In this document: in pieces, positions 20,334 through 29,412 of the stretch | Layout of the letters: every line of letters starts with the position of its first letter | How positions within the stretch are numbered: position 1 is the first letter of the stretch | NCBI GenBank assembly: GCA_013359225.1 | Contig: JABWCG010000001.1 | Span: 497,627-561,626, forward strand | Direction: 5' to 3' | Length of the DNA stretch: 64,000 nt | DNA from: Candidatus Buchananbacteria bacterium | GTDB taxonomy: Bacteria; Patescibacteriota; Patescibacteriia; Buchananbacterales; UBA6539 | Position numbers and translations under genes: made by a program | Notes under the pieces: model-generated | The model's input: the letters and a program-made list of their open reading frames with translations, nothing else | Database searches by the model: none | Told to the model about the DNA's origin: nothing

Positions 20334-20801
20334 TTACTGAATACCATCGGGAGTAGCCGTGTGAGCGGTTCCGGTCAAACCACCGGTTTGCCCCTCAAGC
20401 GTGAAAGTAATATTGTATGACGGACAGGGTTCGGAAGTACAGTTTCCGCCGCCACCGGCCGCTACTGATTCATACGTGTATGCCGCACCGCCCGGCGTTG
20501 GGTTTGAAGGAACCAAACCCATATAAATCGGGTCAGCACAAGTAGTATCAAAGCCACCGGAACCAAGACAGGTAACATCCGTACCTAAAGTGTAACCGTC
20601 ACCGTCATCAACCGGGTAACTGCTGCTATCATTGAAATAAAGCTCCAGCGCTGTCTGAACTTGTTTAATGTCGGCAACGCGCTTCGCGTCTCTGGCCTTT
20701 TCTCGGGCCGAATTTAAAGCTACTACCGCCAATGTTGACAGTAAACCAATAATGGCAATAACCACCAACAATTCAATAAGAGTAAAACCTCGTTTTTTCA
20801 T
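20334..20801 (-). CDS. Type IV major pilin, copy 1
   Basis: MKKRG|[14 protein letters not shown]; strong SD AGGAGGTG before ATG 20801; has its own promoter and terminator. Confidence 0.9.
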   Translation of the reverse strand: MKKRGFTLIELLVVIAIIGLLSTLAVVALNSAREKARDAKRVADIKQVQTALELYFNDSSSYPVDDGDGYTLGTDVTCLGSGGFDTTCADPIYMGLVPSNPTPGGAAYTYESVAAGGGGNCTSEPCPSYNITFTLEGQTGGLTGTAHTATPDGIQ

Positions 20802-20854
20802 CTTTTCACCTCCTTTCATGGAAAAGAAATTATCAATTATATTAACTTACTAAC

Positions 20855-20882
20855 AGTATACCACAAAAGCGACTTTTGGTAA
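20855..20882 (-). promoter_or_regulatory. Putative promoter of pilin copy 1
   Basis: TTACCA-N16-TATACT with an extended -10 TGG. Confidence 0.5.
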
Positions 20883-22694
20883 CTAATTACCAGACCATTC
20901 CTTGCGATATTGGATAAACCGGTGATATTCATGATTAAACGGCGCCGTGTCAAAATCAATCGCTTTTACCAAATAATCTTGTGATTTAACACGATCACCT
21001 TCCACTAAATAAATGGCCGCCAAGTTATAAAAATAGTGGCCAATTAATCCGTCATCAGCCGGGTTCTGATGAATCAAATCTTTAACCTCTAAAAGATTTC
21101 GCATTGTCCCAAAATAGTACTGTTGATTAGCTCGCCGTGCCTCTGCCAGCGACGGATAAGCACGATAGGCATAGCCGTTTGGCAGCGAAAACTTTTTTTC
21201 GTTATTATTTTCACTTGTTAATGGATAGTTGGCATATAGCGGCCGGTCTTTAACGCTGTCAACCATGGTGAAAAACGTGCGGCGGCGATCTTCAAAACTC
21301 AACTTATAGTGTTCATCAGGAATTTTAACGTTAACGGTTTTATAAAAGAAATTTTGCTCTGAAATAATATCAACATCGGGCCGGAAATTTTCAACCATCT
21401 TAAAGTAAATCAGCGCAAAAATTTCCGTATCGGTCTGTAGGCTTCCGTCGTAGGCAAAATAATAAATGCTGTTTGGTTCCAGGCTGGACAACAGACCCTT
21501 GGTATAATCATACGTCAACCAATAATCGCTTAAATCATTTTGTCCAAAATTCATTGCCACAAAGCTGACCGGCAGGCTTAATAAGATAATCAATAAAGTA
21601 GCTTGGACTACCGCCTTAAGCTTGGCGTTGTTCTTAATAGTATTTAGTAGAAATTGATATAGATAATCAATAATAATGGCTAGCCACCAGACTAAAACAA
21701 AATAAGCCGGCAAATAGTACACTCGGTACGTGTGGTCTATTCCTAATGCAAAACCGTATTTTCTTAAATAAATCAGACCAAAGCTGTTAAGTAAAAAAAT
21801 GCCGACCGTTAGAGCTGCCAACGGCATATTTTTCTTCCAAAAGTACACTACGCCGCCGGCCGCTAGAATAATTGTTGGCCAAAAAAACTGCCGGTAAATA
21901 TCATACAAAAATGACAACACAATGCCCGTCTTGGAATAGGAGCTACTGAAAGGATTAAGATCGCCATATTTAGCCCTGGTAATGTGTGCAACAACATCTT
22001 GCCAGGTAGTAATCGGTCCCCAATTATAAACCGCTTGTTGCCACGCTCGGATCGGAATATATAAATACACCGACAATCCAAGACAAAACAACCCAAACAT
22101 TTTAACAATTAACCGCCAGTTAAAAATGATTTTTTTATTAACTAACAAAATAAACAAAGTAAACGCCGGGGCTAAAACAATTGACATCGTATGATTAGTC
22201 AAGCAAAGACCATATAGTAGCGAAAACCAATACAAGTATTTATCTTTTTGGTCTTGTTGCCATATCATTAGTAGGTAAATCAGTAAAGCGACAAAAAAAG
22301 TGTTTAATGTATACACTTCCGCCGTCACGCTTTGCGACCAAAAAATCAGGCTAAACGGCAACAACAAACTGACTAAAAAAGAAATAACATATCGGCTGAT
22401 TGTTTTTTGAATTATCAAATACAGCATAACAGCTGTCAGCGCGCCGAAAACTGCTGACATTAAATTAATCCTCCAACCCAATGTGCCGAAAGGAATAAAC
22501 GAAAAAATTTTACCAATCAACAGATACAGCGGAAACCCAGGCGGGTGAGGAATTCCCAATACATGAATGGCGGTCACAAACTCCGGACCGTCTTCGTTTG
22601 TAATGGTCGGAGCCAGCGTAAGTAAATACACCGCCATCACAGCGGTAAAAACCAGACTGGCACCAATAAAATTTTTGCGTAATAAAGTCTTCAT
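20883..22694 (-). CDS. DUF2723/TMEM260-like GT-C membrane glycosyltransferase
   Basis: LAPTITNEDGPEF...LGIPHPPGFPLY, FWSQS..AEVY, YLYIPIRA, many TM helices, C-terminal TPR-like helix pair. Start 22694 overlaps the upstream stop (TAATG). Confidence 0.75.
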   Translation of the reverse strand: MKTLLRKNFIGASLVFTAVMAVYLLTLAPTITNEDGPEFVTAIHVLGIPHPPGFPLYLLIGKIFSFIPFGTLGWRINLMSAVFGALTAVMLYLIIQKTISRYVISFLVSLLLPFSLIFWSQSVTAEVYTLNTFFVALLIYLLMIWQQDQKDKYLYWFSLLYGLCLTNHTMSIVLAPAFTLFILLVNKKIIFNWRLIVKMFGLFCLGLSVYLYIPIRAWQQAVYNWGPITTWQDVVAHITRAKYGDLNPFSSSYSKTGIVLSFLYDIYRQFFWPTIILAAGGVVYFWKKNMPLAALTVGIFLLNSFGLIYLRKYGFALGIDHTYRVYYLPAYFVLVWWLAIIIDYLYQFLLNTIKNNAKLKAVVQATLLIILLSLPVSFVAMNFGQNDLSDYWLTYDYTKGLLSSLEPNSIYYFAYDGSLQTDTEIFALIYFKMVENFRPDVDIISEQNFFYKTVNVKIPDEHYKLSFEDRRRTFFTMVDSVKDRPLYANYPLTSENNNEKKFSLPNGYAYRAYPSLAEARRANQQYYFGTMRNLLEVKDLIHQNPADDGLIGHYFYNLAAIYLVEGDRVKSQDYLVKAIDFDTAPFNHEYHRFIQYRKEWSGN

Positions 22695-23335
22695 TAATCC
22701 GCCTGAAAAATAATAAAATGCCACATATTAAAAATTATTTTTTTGCTGGTCACTTGTTTGAAGCCGGCGTCAAGAAAAATACCAAAACCCTCTTTCTTAA
22801 AGTCGTGAACATGCACATCTTCCCAGACCTGTCCTTTCCACTTAAGCCAAAACCACCAGACAATTTTAAACAGCCAATTCTCATTAGGAATAGCAATAAT
22901 AAAATAGCCACCTGGCTTTAATAATCTTTTTACCTCTGCTAAAACCGCTTTAGTATCAGGCAGGTGTTCCATGACGTCAAAACAAGTAGCCGCAATAAAA
23001 TAGTCGTCCGAAAAAAGTTTATCGGCCGGAAAATCAGCACGAACGAATTGAATATGAGGAAAGCGGGATTTGGCATACTCAATAGCTGATCCTGAAATGT
23101 CTACGCCGATTACCGGGCAACCACTCGCCGCTTGCACCACGTTAGTTAAATCTCCGCTATGACACCCTAAATCTAAAATAGTGCCTGTTAGTCGAAGCTT
23201 TTTAATTTCTTTGGTGATAATTTTAAAGCGTCGATGATGCCAGTACCGTTGCAAAAGATTTTTTTTAATCCCACGCTCGTAATAATCAACCGGAACGGCA
23301 TTATGGATCCGGTCTAAGTCTTCTTTAGTGACCAT
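22694..23335 (-). CDS. Class I SAM-dependent methyltransferase
   Basis: ILDLGCHSG, GVDIS, DVMEHL, LKPGG. Confidence 0.9.
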   Translation of the reverse strand: MVTKEDLDRIHNAVPVDYYERGIKKNLLQRYWHHRRFKIITKEIKKLRLTGTILDLGCHSGDLTNVVQAASGCPVIGVDISGSAIEYAKSRFPHIQFVRADFPADKLFSDDYFIAATCFDVMEHLPDTKAVLAEVKRLLKPGGYFIIAIPNENWLFKIVWWFWLKWKGQVWEDVHVHDFKKEGFGIFLDAGFKQVTSKKIIFNMWHFIIFQAD

Positions 23336-25578
23336 AGTTTATATCTTGCTTTATTAACTTTTGAATAATCAAAAACGAAAAATACAACCAAAAGCAATAG
23401 CGTCAATGCGGTGATATTCCTTCCCATTATAAACGATTTTGGCTGATATTGAAATTTAACCTGGTGCTGTCCTGACGGAATAACTACCCCACTAAATGCG
23501 TTATTGGTTCGAATAATCTCCTGCGGCCGGCCGTCAATTGTCGCCTGCCAACCCGGATAAAAAGTTTTACTAACCACCAATAATTTCGGGGAGTTAACAA
23601 CGACATCAAAAATCATTTCTTGATTTTGATAATCAATAACCGTGGCGTGATCCGACTCACTAAATCCAGAGTCAACTGCTATCTCAGTTTCTACCAGCGC
23701 CCGATCCTGGAATGAAAAATCTGTTCCAAACATCATGCTTAACGCCGACTCTTCGTCCGCAACCGTCTGAACGGTGCCAATCAAAAATGCGCGCGGAAGG
23801 AAAAACTTATTTTCATATATTTTTAACGGCGGCAAAAAATGCTGTCTGATTTCTTCTGCCAAGACCAGGTTATCTGACTTGATTTCATAAAAACTTAAAA
23901 TGTACTTCACGTTCTGCATTCCCAAAACTTTCAGGGTTTGGTCCGGCAAACTGATCCATCCGTCCCGATGAACAAAAAAACTCTGATCAATCCCGGAAAA
24001 TATGTGGGCCAGCCGGGCGTCAAGCTGTCCGCCCTCATTCCATCCCCGATCATTATAAAGCTCAACATTAAAAAGCATGCTCAAATTTGGCTGAAGTAAT
24101 TCCCGTTCTTCCAAAAATAGCGCCATATTATTTTGCCAACCTTCGGAAAATTCGTAGGATTTCATCCAAGATAACTGATAAAAAAAGCTCGCCGTTCTGG
24201 CAAGCTCATTTTTTTGATGAAGAAATTCAGCGCTTTTTGGCATAGTAAAATACTCTGAGGGAAGAAAACCAACGTACTTTGACGCCATGAAAAATAAATC
24301 TGTTACTAATATAAGAATGACTATCATTGGCAAACCGATCCTCAAAAATTTTGACTTACTGTATTTTTTCGTTGCCGTTAGAAATCTTTTAAACTTGTCA
24401 TATATCACGTCAAAGCCGATGGCGGCAAAAATTGATAAACAAAAAGTTAATACCAATAAAAACCTTTGAGAAAATCGAAACATTTTCATCCCCGGAACTA
24501 TCTGCCAAGTCCAAAAATGCACCGGACTGAATTTACCCAAAATCAAAAGGAATGAAGCAATCGCAAGCAGCACTAGCACATAGTCAAGGGTACGTTTCCT
24601 AAATCCCTGATATAAATAATAAACCGCTAATAACAAGGAGATAATGCCAAAATAAAGACTACTTTCCCAAAAGCTGATGCCGGATCGGCTGTCAAAATTT
24701 CCGGTTGCCGGATTGCCGAAAAGGTAGGGTGAAAAAATAGTCAGCAACTGCGACGGTCTGAAGTTTAAAGCTACAGCAGTGTCATAATTAATCCACTCAT
24801 TTCTAGTTGAGATCCGCGAAAGCTCATACGTCGGCAAAAATTGAATTGCACAAAGGCCAAAAGTTAAAATACCTACTAATAGCCATGAACCAAAAATCAT
24901 TTTTATAGATCCTACGATGCCTTTTCTGCCGGGAATTGAGATATACCGCAAGACAAAATAAACAAAGCTTGCCACGATCGTGATATAGCTGATTTGAGGA
25001 TGACCGGCAAAAAATTGAATTGCAAAAACCAGGCTTAATAAAACCAAGTATTTCTTGTTATACTGCTGCAAAATTTTTTCAATCACGTACCATGCCAACG
25101 GCAGCCAAATTGCCGCATTAATCAGATTCAAATGTTTAATTCTAAAAACAAAAAAACCGCTATAGCTAAAAGCGATTGCAGCTAACAGAGCAGCTGAACT
25201 GCTCAAACGAATCACCCTGGCATATAAGTAAGTAAATACTGACCCCAAAAAAAAGTTCGCAACAAAACTACACAGTACCGCCAATCCTAATGGTAAAAAA
25301 ATAAAAAATAAAATATTTACAGGGTAAAATACGCCGCTTTGACCTTCCGCCAGGATCGGCCAACCGTTTCCTAATAGATTTGTCCAAAGCGGAAACTCGC
25401 CCCGACGAAATGAGTCGGCAACCGCGTCACGAAATGGAATATTAAGCTCCGTCAAATCACTGCCCGAATAATCTCCGGCATACGGAATGGTGCCCGTCAA
25501 CAATTGGGGTAAAAATAAAAAAGCTGCCAATGCCAGCAACACCAGTAACGGCCAAATTTTCTTCCAAACCAATAGCAT
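23314..25578 (-). CDS. YfhO-family GT-C membrane protein
   Basis: GEFPLWTN..GNGWP, GVFYP, AGHPQ, FYPGWQATIDG, GQHQVKFQY. Confidence 0.8.
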   Translation of the reverse strand: MLLVWKKIWPLLVLLALAAFLFLPQLLTGTIPYAGDYSGSDLTELNIPFRDAVADSFRRGEFPLWTNLLGNGWPILAEGQSGVFYPVNILFFIFLPLGLAVLCSFVANFFLGSVFTYLYARVIRLSSSAALLAAIAFSYSGFFVFRIKHLNLINAAIWLPLAWYVIEKILQQYNKKYLVLLSLVFAIQFFAGHPQISYITIVASFVYFVLRYISIPGRKGIVGSIKMIFGSWLLVGILTFGLCAIQFLPTYELSRISTRNEWINYDTAVALNFRPSQLLTIFSPYLFGNPATGNFDSRSGISFWESSLYFGIISLLLAVYYLYQGFRKRTLDYVLVLLAIASFLLILGKFSPVHFWTWQIVPGMKMFRFSQRFLLVLTFCLSIFAAIGFDVIYDKFKRFLTATKKYSKSKFLRIGLPMIVILILVTDLFFMASKYVGFLPSEYFTMPKSAEFLHQKNELARTASFFYQLSWMKSYEFSEGWQNNMALFLEERELLQPNLSMLFNVELYNDRGWNEGGQLDARLAHIFSGIDQSFFVHRDGWISLPDQTLKVLGMQNVKYILSFYEIKSDNLVLAEEIRQHFLPPLKIYENKFFLPRAFLIGTVQTVADEESALSMMFGTDFSFQDRALVETEIAVDSGFSESDHATVIDYQNQEMIFDVVVNSPKLLVVSKTFYPGWQATIDGRPQEIIRTNNAFSGVVIPSGQHQVKFQYQPKSFIMGRNITALTLLLLVVFFVFDYSKVNKARYKLWSLKKT

Positions 25579-25620
25579 TAGTTAATTATATCATCTTTTA
25601 TTTAGCAAATAAACAAAATA

Positions 25621-25645
25621 AATCCCCCGCAAAACGCGGGGGATT
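25621..25645 (-). terminator. Intrinsic terminator after pilin
   Basis: AATCCCCCGC-AAAAC-GCGGGGGATT followed by a T-rich tract on the minus strand. Confidence 0.75.
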
Positions 25646-25667
25646 GGAAGCTTCCTGCATTTTAAAA

Positions 25668-26147
25668 TTACTGAATTCCGTCTGGGCTAGCAGTATGAGC
25701 GGTTCCGGACAAACCACCAGTCTGACCCTCTAAAGTAAAGGTAAGGCTGTAGGTGCTATTTGTCGAAGCAGTGTAGACGTAATCTGCGCCTCCCGGGCCA
25801 GGGTTAGTAGGCACTAAGCCCATGTAAGTTGTTCCACTCGGACAAGCTGCTGCTGAACCGACGAAACCACAGCTAGTACCGTTAGCACAAGCTGAACCAT
25901 CTCCGCGATAACATAGTACGTCTGATGAAGCAGTTAAACCCAAAGTTGCGGTCTGCACCGGATAACCACCGGCATCGTTGAAGTAAAGCTCCAACGCAGT
26001 CTGCACTTGTTTGATATCGGCAACACGTTTAGCGTCTCGGGCTTTCTCACGAGCTGAGTTCAATGCCACGACCGCTAAAGTTGATAGTAAACCAATAATG
26101 GCAATAACCACCAACAATTCAATTAATGTAAAACCTCGTTTTCTCAT
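25668..26147 (-). CDS. Type IV major pilin, copy 2
   Basis: MRKRG|FTLIELLVV; SD-like AGGGGGTG; N- and C-termini nearly identical to copy 1. Confidence 0.9.
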   Translation of the reverse strand: MRKRGFTLIELLVVIAIIGLLSTLAVVALNSAREKARDAKRVADIKQVQTALELYFNDAGGYPVQTATLGLTASSDVLCYRGDGSACANGTSCGFVGSAAACPSGTTYMGLVPTNPGPGGADYVYTASTNSTYSLTFTLEGQTGGLSGTAHTASPDGIQ

Positions 26148-26230
26148 TTCGTCACCCCCTTTCCTTGGTCTCGTTCAAACAAATTTTGAACGAATTTTTG
26201 TTTATTTTTTAGTTATCAACAACCAAATAT

Positions 26231-26259
26231 ATTATACCAAAAAAATGAAAACTCAACAA
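26231..26259 (-). promoter_or_regulatory. Putative promoter of pilin copy 2
   Basis: TTGTTG-N17-TATAAT with an extended -10 TGG. Confidence 0.55.
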
Positions 26260-26682
26260 CTAATACCCGTGAATCTCTTGCGGTCCACCATCTTCAAGAT
26301 AGTAAGTTATGGTAAACTCTTGTCCGTCGCTGTTATAACCATACACATGTTCATTCAAATTAAGCGGATCAATTGGCACGGTTGCCATATATAACTTACC
26401 CGTTTCAGTACCATTCAACGCTGGCGTTAACGCCGTAACCCAGTTAGCCTGAGCATTTTCCGGCAAAAGGTCAGCTAAAGGAAACCTTAAATTATCATCA
26501 AAGTATAAATAAAGTGCTAACTGGACCTGAGACGTGTCAGCCTTGCGTTTAGCGTCTCGAGCCCGAGTTCGAGCGATATTCACCGAGACCGTTGAGAGGC
26601 TAGATAAAATTCCGATAATACTGATAACGACCAACAACTCCACCAAAGTAAAGCCCCGTTTTTTTGATGTTGTTTTAAACAT
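26260..26682 (-). CDS. Type IV pilin / PulG-like pseudopilin
   Basis: RG|FTLVELLVV, ARDAKR, P.DP motif. Confidence 0.85.
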   Translation of the reverse strand: MFKTTSKKRGFTLVELLVVISIIGILSSLSTVSVNIARTRARDAKRKADTSQVQLALYLYFDDNLRFPLADLLPENAQANWVTALTPALNGTETGKLYMATVPIDPLNLNEHVYGYNSDGQEFTITYYLEDGGPQEIHGY

Positions 26683-26700
26683 AGTGCACCTTTCGATTAT

Positions 26701-27906
26701 TTATAAACTGGAAGCTAAATTATAAATTGGCAAAATAATAGCTGAAACCAACGCACCGACCGCTAGGCCCATCAACAACATAATCAACGGCTCAAGTAAC
26801 GTGACTAGATTGTTGACCATATTGTCTACTTCCCGACTGTAGAAATTAGCAATCTTGTCCAAAATTTCATCGATTCGGCCGGTTTTTTCTCCCAGACTTA
26901 ACATCTGCGACACCATCGGCGGTACTTCCCGAGTTCTCAAAAATACCGTAGCAATTGGATTACCATCTTCAACCTCTTCGGCTGTTTCACGAATTAAGTT
27001 GCGATAGACTGAATTGCCGACGACATCAGAAACAATCTGAAGACTTTTTGTCAGCGCAACGCCGCCGGTTGTTAAAGTGTACAAACTTCGTGCAAACCGC
27101 ACTAGAATAATTTTTTGAAACAGTTTGCCAAATATCGGCAATTTCAGAATCATTCTGTCCCATAGCAACTTCCCCTGATCGGTCCGGATCATTGCCTTGA
27201 CGCCGGCAAATAAACCGATGATCGCTGCAAGAATTGCCCACCAAAAACTGGTAAAAAAGTTACTGGTAAAAATCAAAATCTTAGTGGTTAAAGGAAGCTC
27301 AACTCCGGTTTCTGTTAAAATAGAAGTTAATTGCGGAATGACAAAAATCATCATCAATGTTCCGACAATCAATAAACCACCCACAATAAAAACCGGGTAA
27401 ATCATCGCTCCTCTGATTTTAGAGGACAAGTCGTAATCTTTTTCCTGCTGGTCAGCGAGGTAATTTAATACTTCATCAAGCTTACCAGACGTCTCGCCCG
27501 AACGGATAATATTAATAAAAAAATCATTAAAAATTTGCGGATGTCGCGATAACGCCGCCGACAGCTTAGCGCCGCCCTCAACATCATCGGCAACTTCTGA
27601 AACAACTGTTTTTAACACTGGACTTTCAGTCTGGCTGGTTAAAATACGTAATCCCTGAACCAGCGGGATTGTCGCTGAAACAATCACCGAAAGTTGTCGG
27701 GAAAAAATCACTAAATCCTTAATTTTTACCCGATTTAAAATTTTTAAAGACCGCTCCTGTAGGCCCATTTTTTCCACCTCAAGCGATAAAATGGTTAAAT
27801 CACGATCAACTAAAATTTCAGCCGCAACATCCTGGGACGCGGCCTGAATCATTCCTTCAATAACTTCATTATTTTCGTCAGTAGCTTTATAGCGAAAATA
27901 GGGCAT
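26701..27906 (-). CDS. pilC: Type IV pilus platform protein (T2SS F family)
   Basis: FSRQL, GETSGKL, AMIYP, GEKTG, LLEP, ILPIY. Confidence 0.93.
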   Translation of the reverse strand: MPYFRYKATDENNEVIEGMIQAASQDVAAEILVDRDLTILSLEVEKMGLQERSLKILNRVKIKDLVIFSRQLSVIVSATIPLVQGLRILTSQTESPVLKTVVSEVADDVEGGAKLSAALSRHPQIFNDFFINIIRSGETSGKLDEVLNYLADQQEKDYDLSSKIRGAMIYPVFIVGGLLIVGTLMMIFVIPQLTSILTETGVELPLTTKILIFTSNFFTSFWWAILAAIIGLFAGVKAMIRTDQGKLLWDRMILKLPIFGKLFQKIILVRFARSLYTLTTGGVALTKSLQIVSDVVGNSVYRNLIRETAEEVEDGNPIATVFLRTREVPPMVSQMLSLGEKTGRIDEILDKIANFYSREVDNMVNNLVTLLEPLIMLLMGLAVGALVSAIILPIYNLASSL

Positions 27907-27915
27907 AATAACAAA

Positions 27916-28989
27916 TTAAGCTTTAGCCATTGCCCGGAAACTTTCCGGATCAATCGCGTATTCAATCGCTTTATCAATTAATACCTGCCCCGACCGCACT
28001 AACTCTGCTAGAGACTGGTCAAGACTCGACATACCTTCAGCCCGTGAACTTTGTAAAATAGTATCAAGCTGTTTAATCCGACCCTGAGAGATTAATGACC
28101 GGACTGCCTCGGTAGCAATCAACACCTCTGTTGCCAACACTAATCCTCCGCCGGCTCGTGGAACTAATCGCTGGACAATCACCGCCAGCAAACTTTCAGA
28201 CAATAAAAGCTGACCGCGCTGTTTTTCTTCGCCCTTAAACGCCGCAAAAATTTCTTCAATCGTTTGAACTGCTGAAGTAGTGTCCATATTCAAAAAAGCC
28301 AGTCTGCCAGAATTGGCGAATTCCAGAATCAACGGAATTACTTCTGGCTCCTGATTCGCTTCAACGGCCACTACGTCAACATCAGCCTGCTGCGCCGAAC
28401 GCAGAGCACTGGTAAAGCTTAACGTGTCCTTACCGACTTCTCGCTGTTCAACAATACTTTGTTGGTTGGTAAAAATATATTCAATCGGCTTTTCAATTGT
28501 CACAATATTTTCCGCCCGGCTTTTATTGATTTCTTCAATCATTGAAGCGATAGTTGTTGTCCGTCCCGATCCATAGGGGCCGGCGACCACAATCAGGCCG
28601 GAAGTCTTATCGACCAAGCCATAGACTGACTTTGGTAAACCTAAATTAATCAATAACGGCGAACGCTCCGGAATCAGTCGCAGGTTGGCAGACAAAAACC
28701 CTTTCTGAAAAAAGAAACTGATTTTCAACCGAAATTTTTTTGCGACTTCTTTAGTAAAAACAACTGTCCGATCCTGGGCCAATTTTTCTTTTTGTTCAGC
28801 CTCAAGCCATTCCTCAGCCAATGATTTAATGAGGCTGTCGGTAATAATTGGTTCATCTCGCAGCTCCACCAACGAATCATCAATCCGAAAAGCCGGATAG
28901 CTGTTAACACTCAAATGAATCGTCGTCGCCTTTCGCTTCGCCGCCGCCGTCAAAATTTTATTGACAAAAATATTAGCTGAACTGTCCAT
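27916..28989 (-). CDS. PilT/PilU-family ATPase homologue with degenerate catalytic motifs
   Basis: GPYGSGRTTT, TIEKPIEY, EQREVG.DT, QRLVPR, EVLI, GMSSLDQSL. Confidence 0.8.
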   Translation of the reverse strand: MDSSANIFVNKILTAAAKRKATTIHLSVNSYPAFRIDDSLVELRDEPIITDSLIKSLAEEWLEAEQKEKLAQDRTVVFTKEVAKKFRLKISFFFQKGFLSANLRLIPERSPLLINLGLPKSVYGLVDKTSGLIVVAGPYGSGRTTTIASMIEEINKSRAENIVTIEKPIEYIFTNQQSIVEQREVGKDTLSFTSALRSAQQADVDVVAVEANQEPEVIPLILEFANSGRLAFLNMDTTSAVQTIEEIFAAFKGEEKQRGQLLLSESLLAVIVQRLVPRAGGGLVLATEVLIATEAVRSLISQGRIKQLDTILQSSRAEGMSSLDQSLAELVRSGQVLIDKAIEYAIDPESFRAMAKA

Positions 28990-28994
28990 AAAAC

Positions 28995-29372
28995 TTATTC
29001 GCCAATTGCTTGGTTAATTTTTTTAACAACCTCTGAAGGCATAAAATGGGCTTTAATCAAATAATCGCTTGCACCCAAATCAAGCCCACGTTTTACCTCG
29101 TCTTTTTGGCTTAAATTAGTTAATAAAACAACCGGAATATTTTTAATTTCTTTATCAGATTTTATTTTTGATAAAACCTCAAACCCATCCATCTTTGGCA
29201 AAATGATATCCAAAAGAATCAAGTCAGGTTTTTTCTCCTTAGCCATTTTAAAACCTTTTTCCCCATCATTAGCCAAAAAAACTTCATAGCCTTCCAAACT
29301 TAACTTGGTAGCATAAAGTTCTGCTAAAAATTCATCATCCTCCACTAACAGAATTGTTTTACTTTTTGCCAT
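28995..29372 (-). CDS. Stand-alone response-regulator receiver
   Basis: LLVEDD, LLDIILPKMDG, LTN, YLIK. Confidence 0.92.
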   Translation of the reverse strand: MAKSKTILLVEDDEFLAELYATKLSLEGYEVFLANDGEKGFKMAKEKKPDLILLDIILPKMDGFEVLSKIKSDKEIKNIPVVLLTNLSQKDEVKRGLDLGASDYLIKAHFMPSEVVKKINQAIGE

Positions 29373-29412
29373 AATATTCATTACTAATTAATTTTTAACA
29401 TTGTAGCAATTA

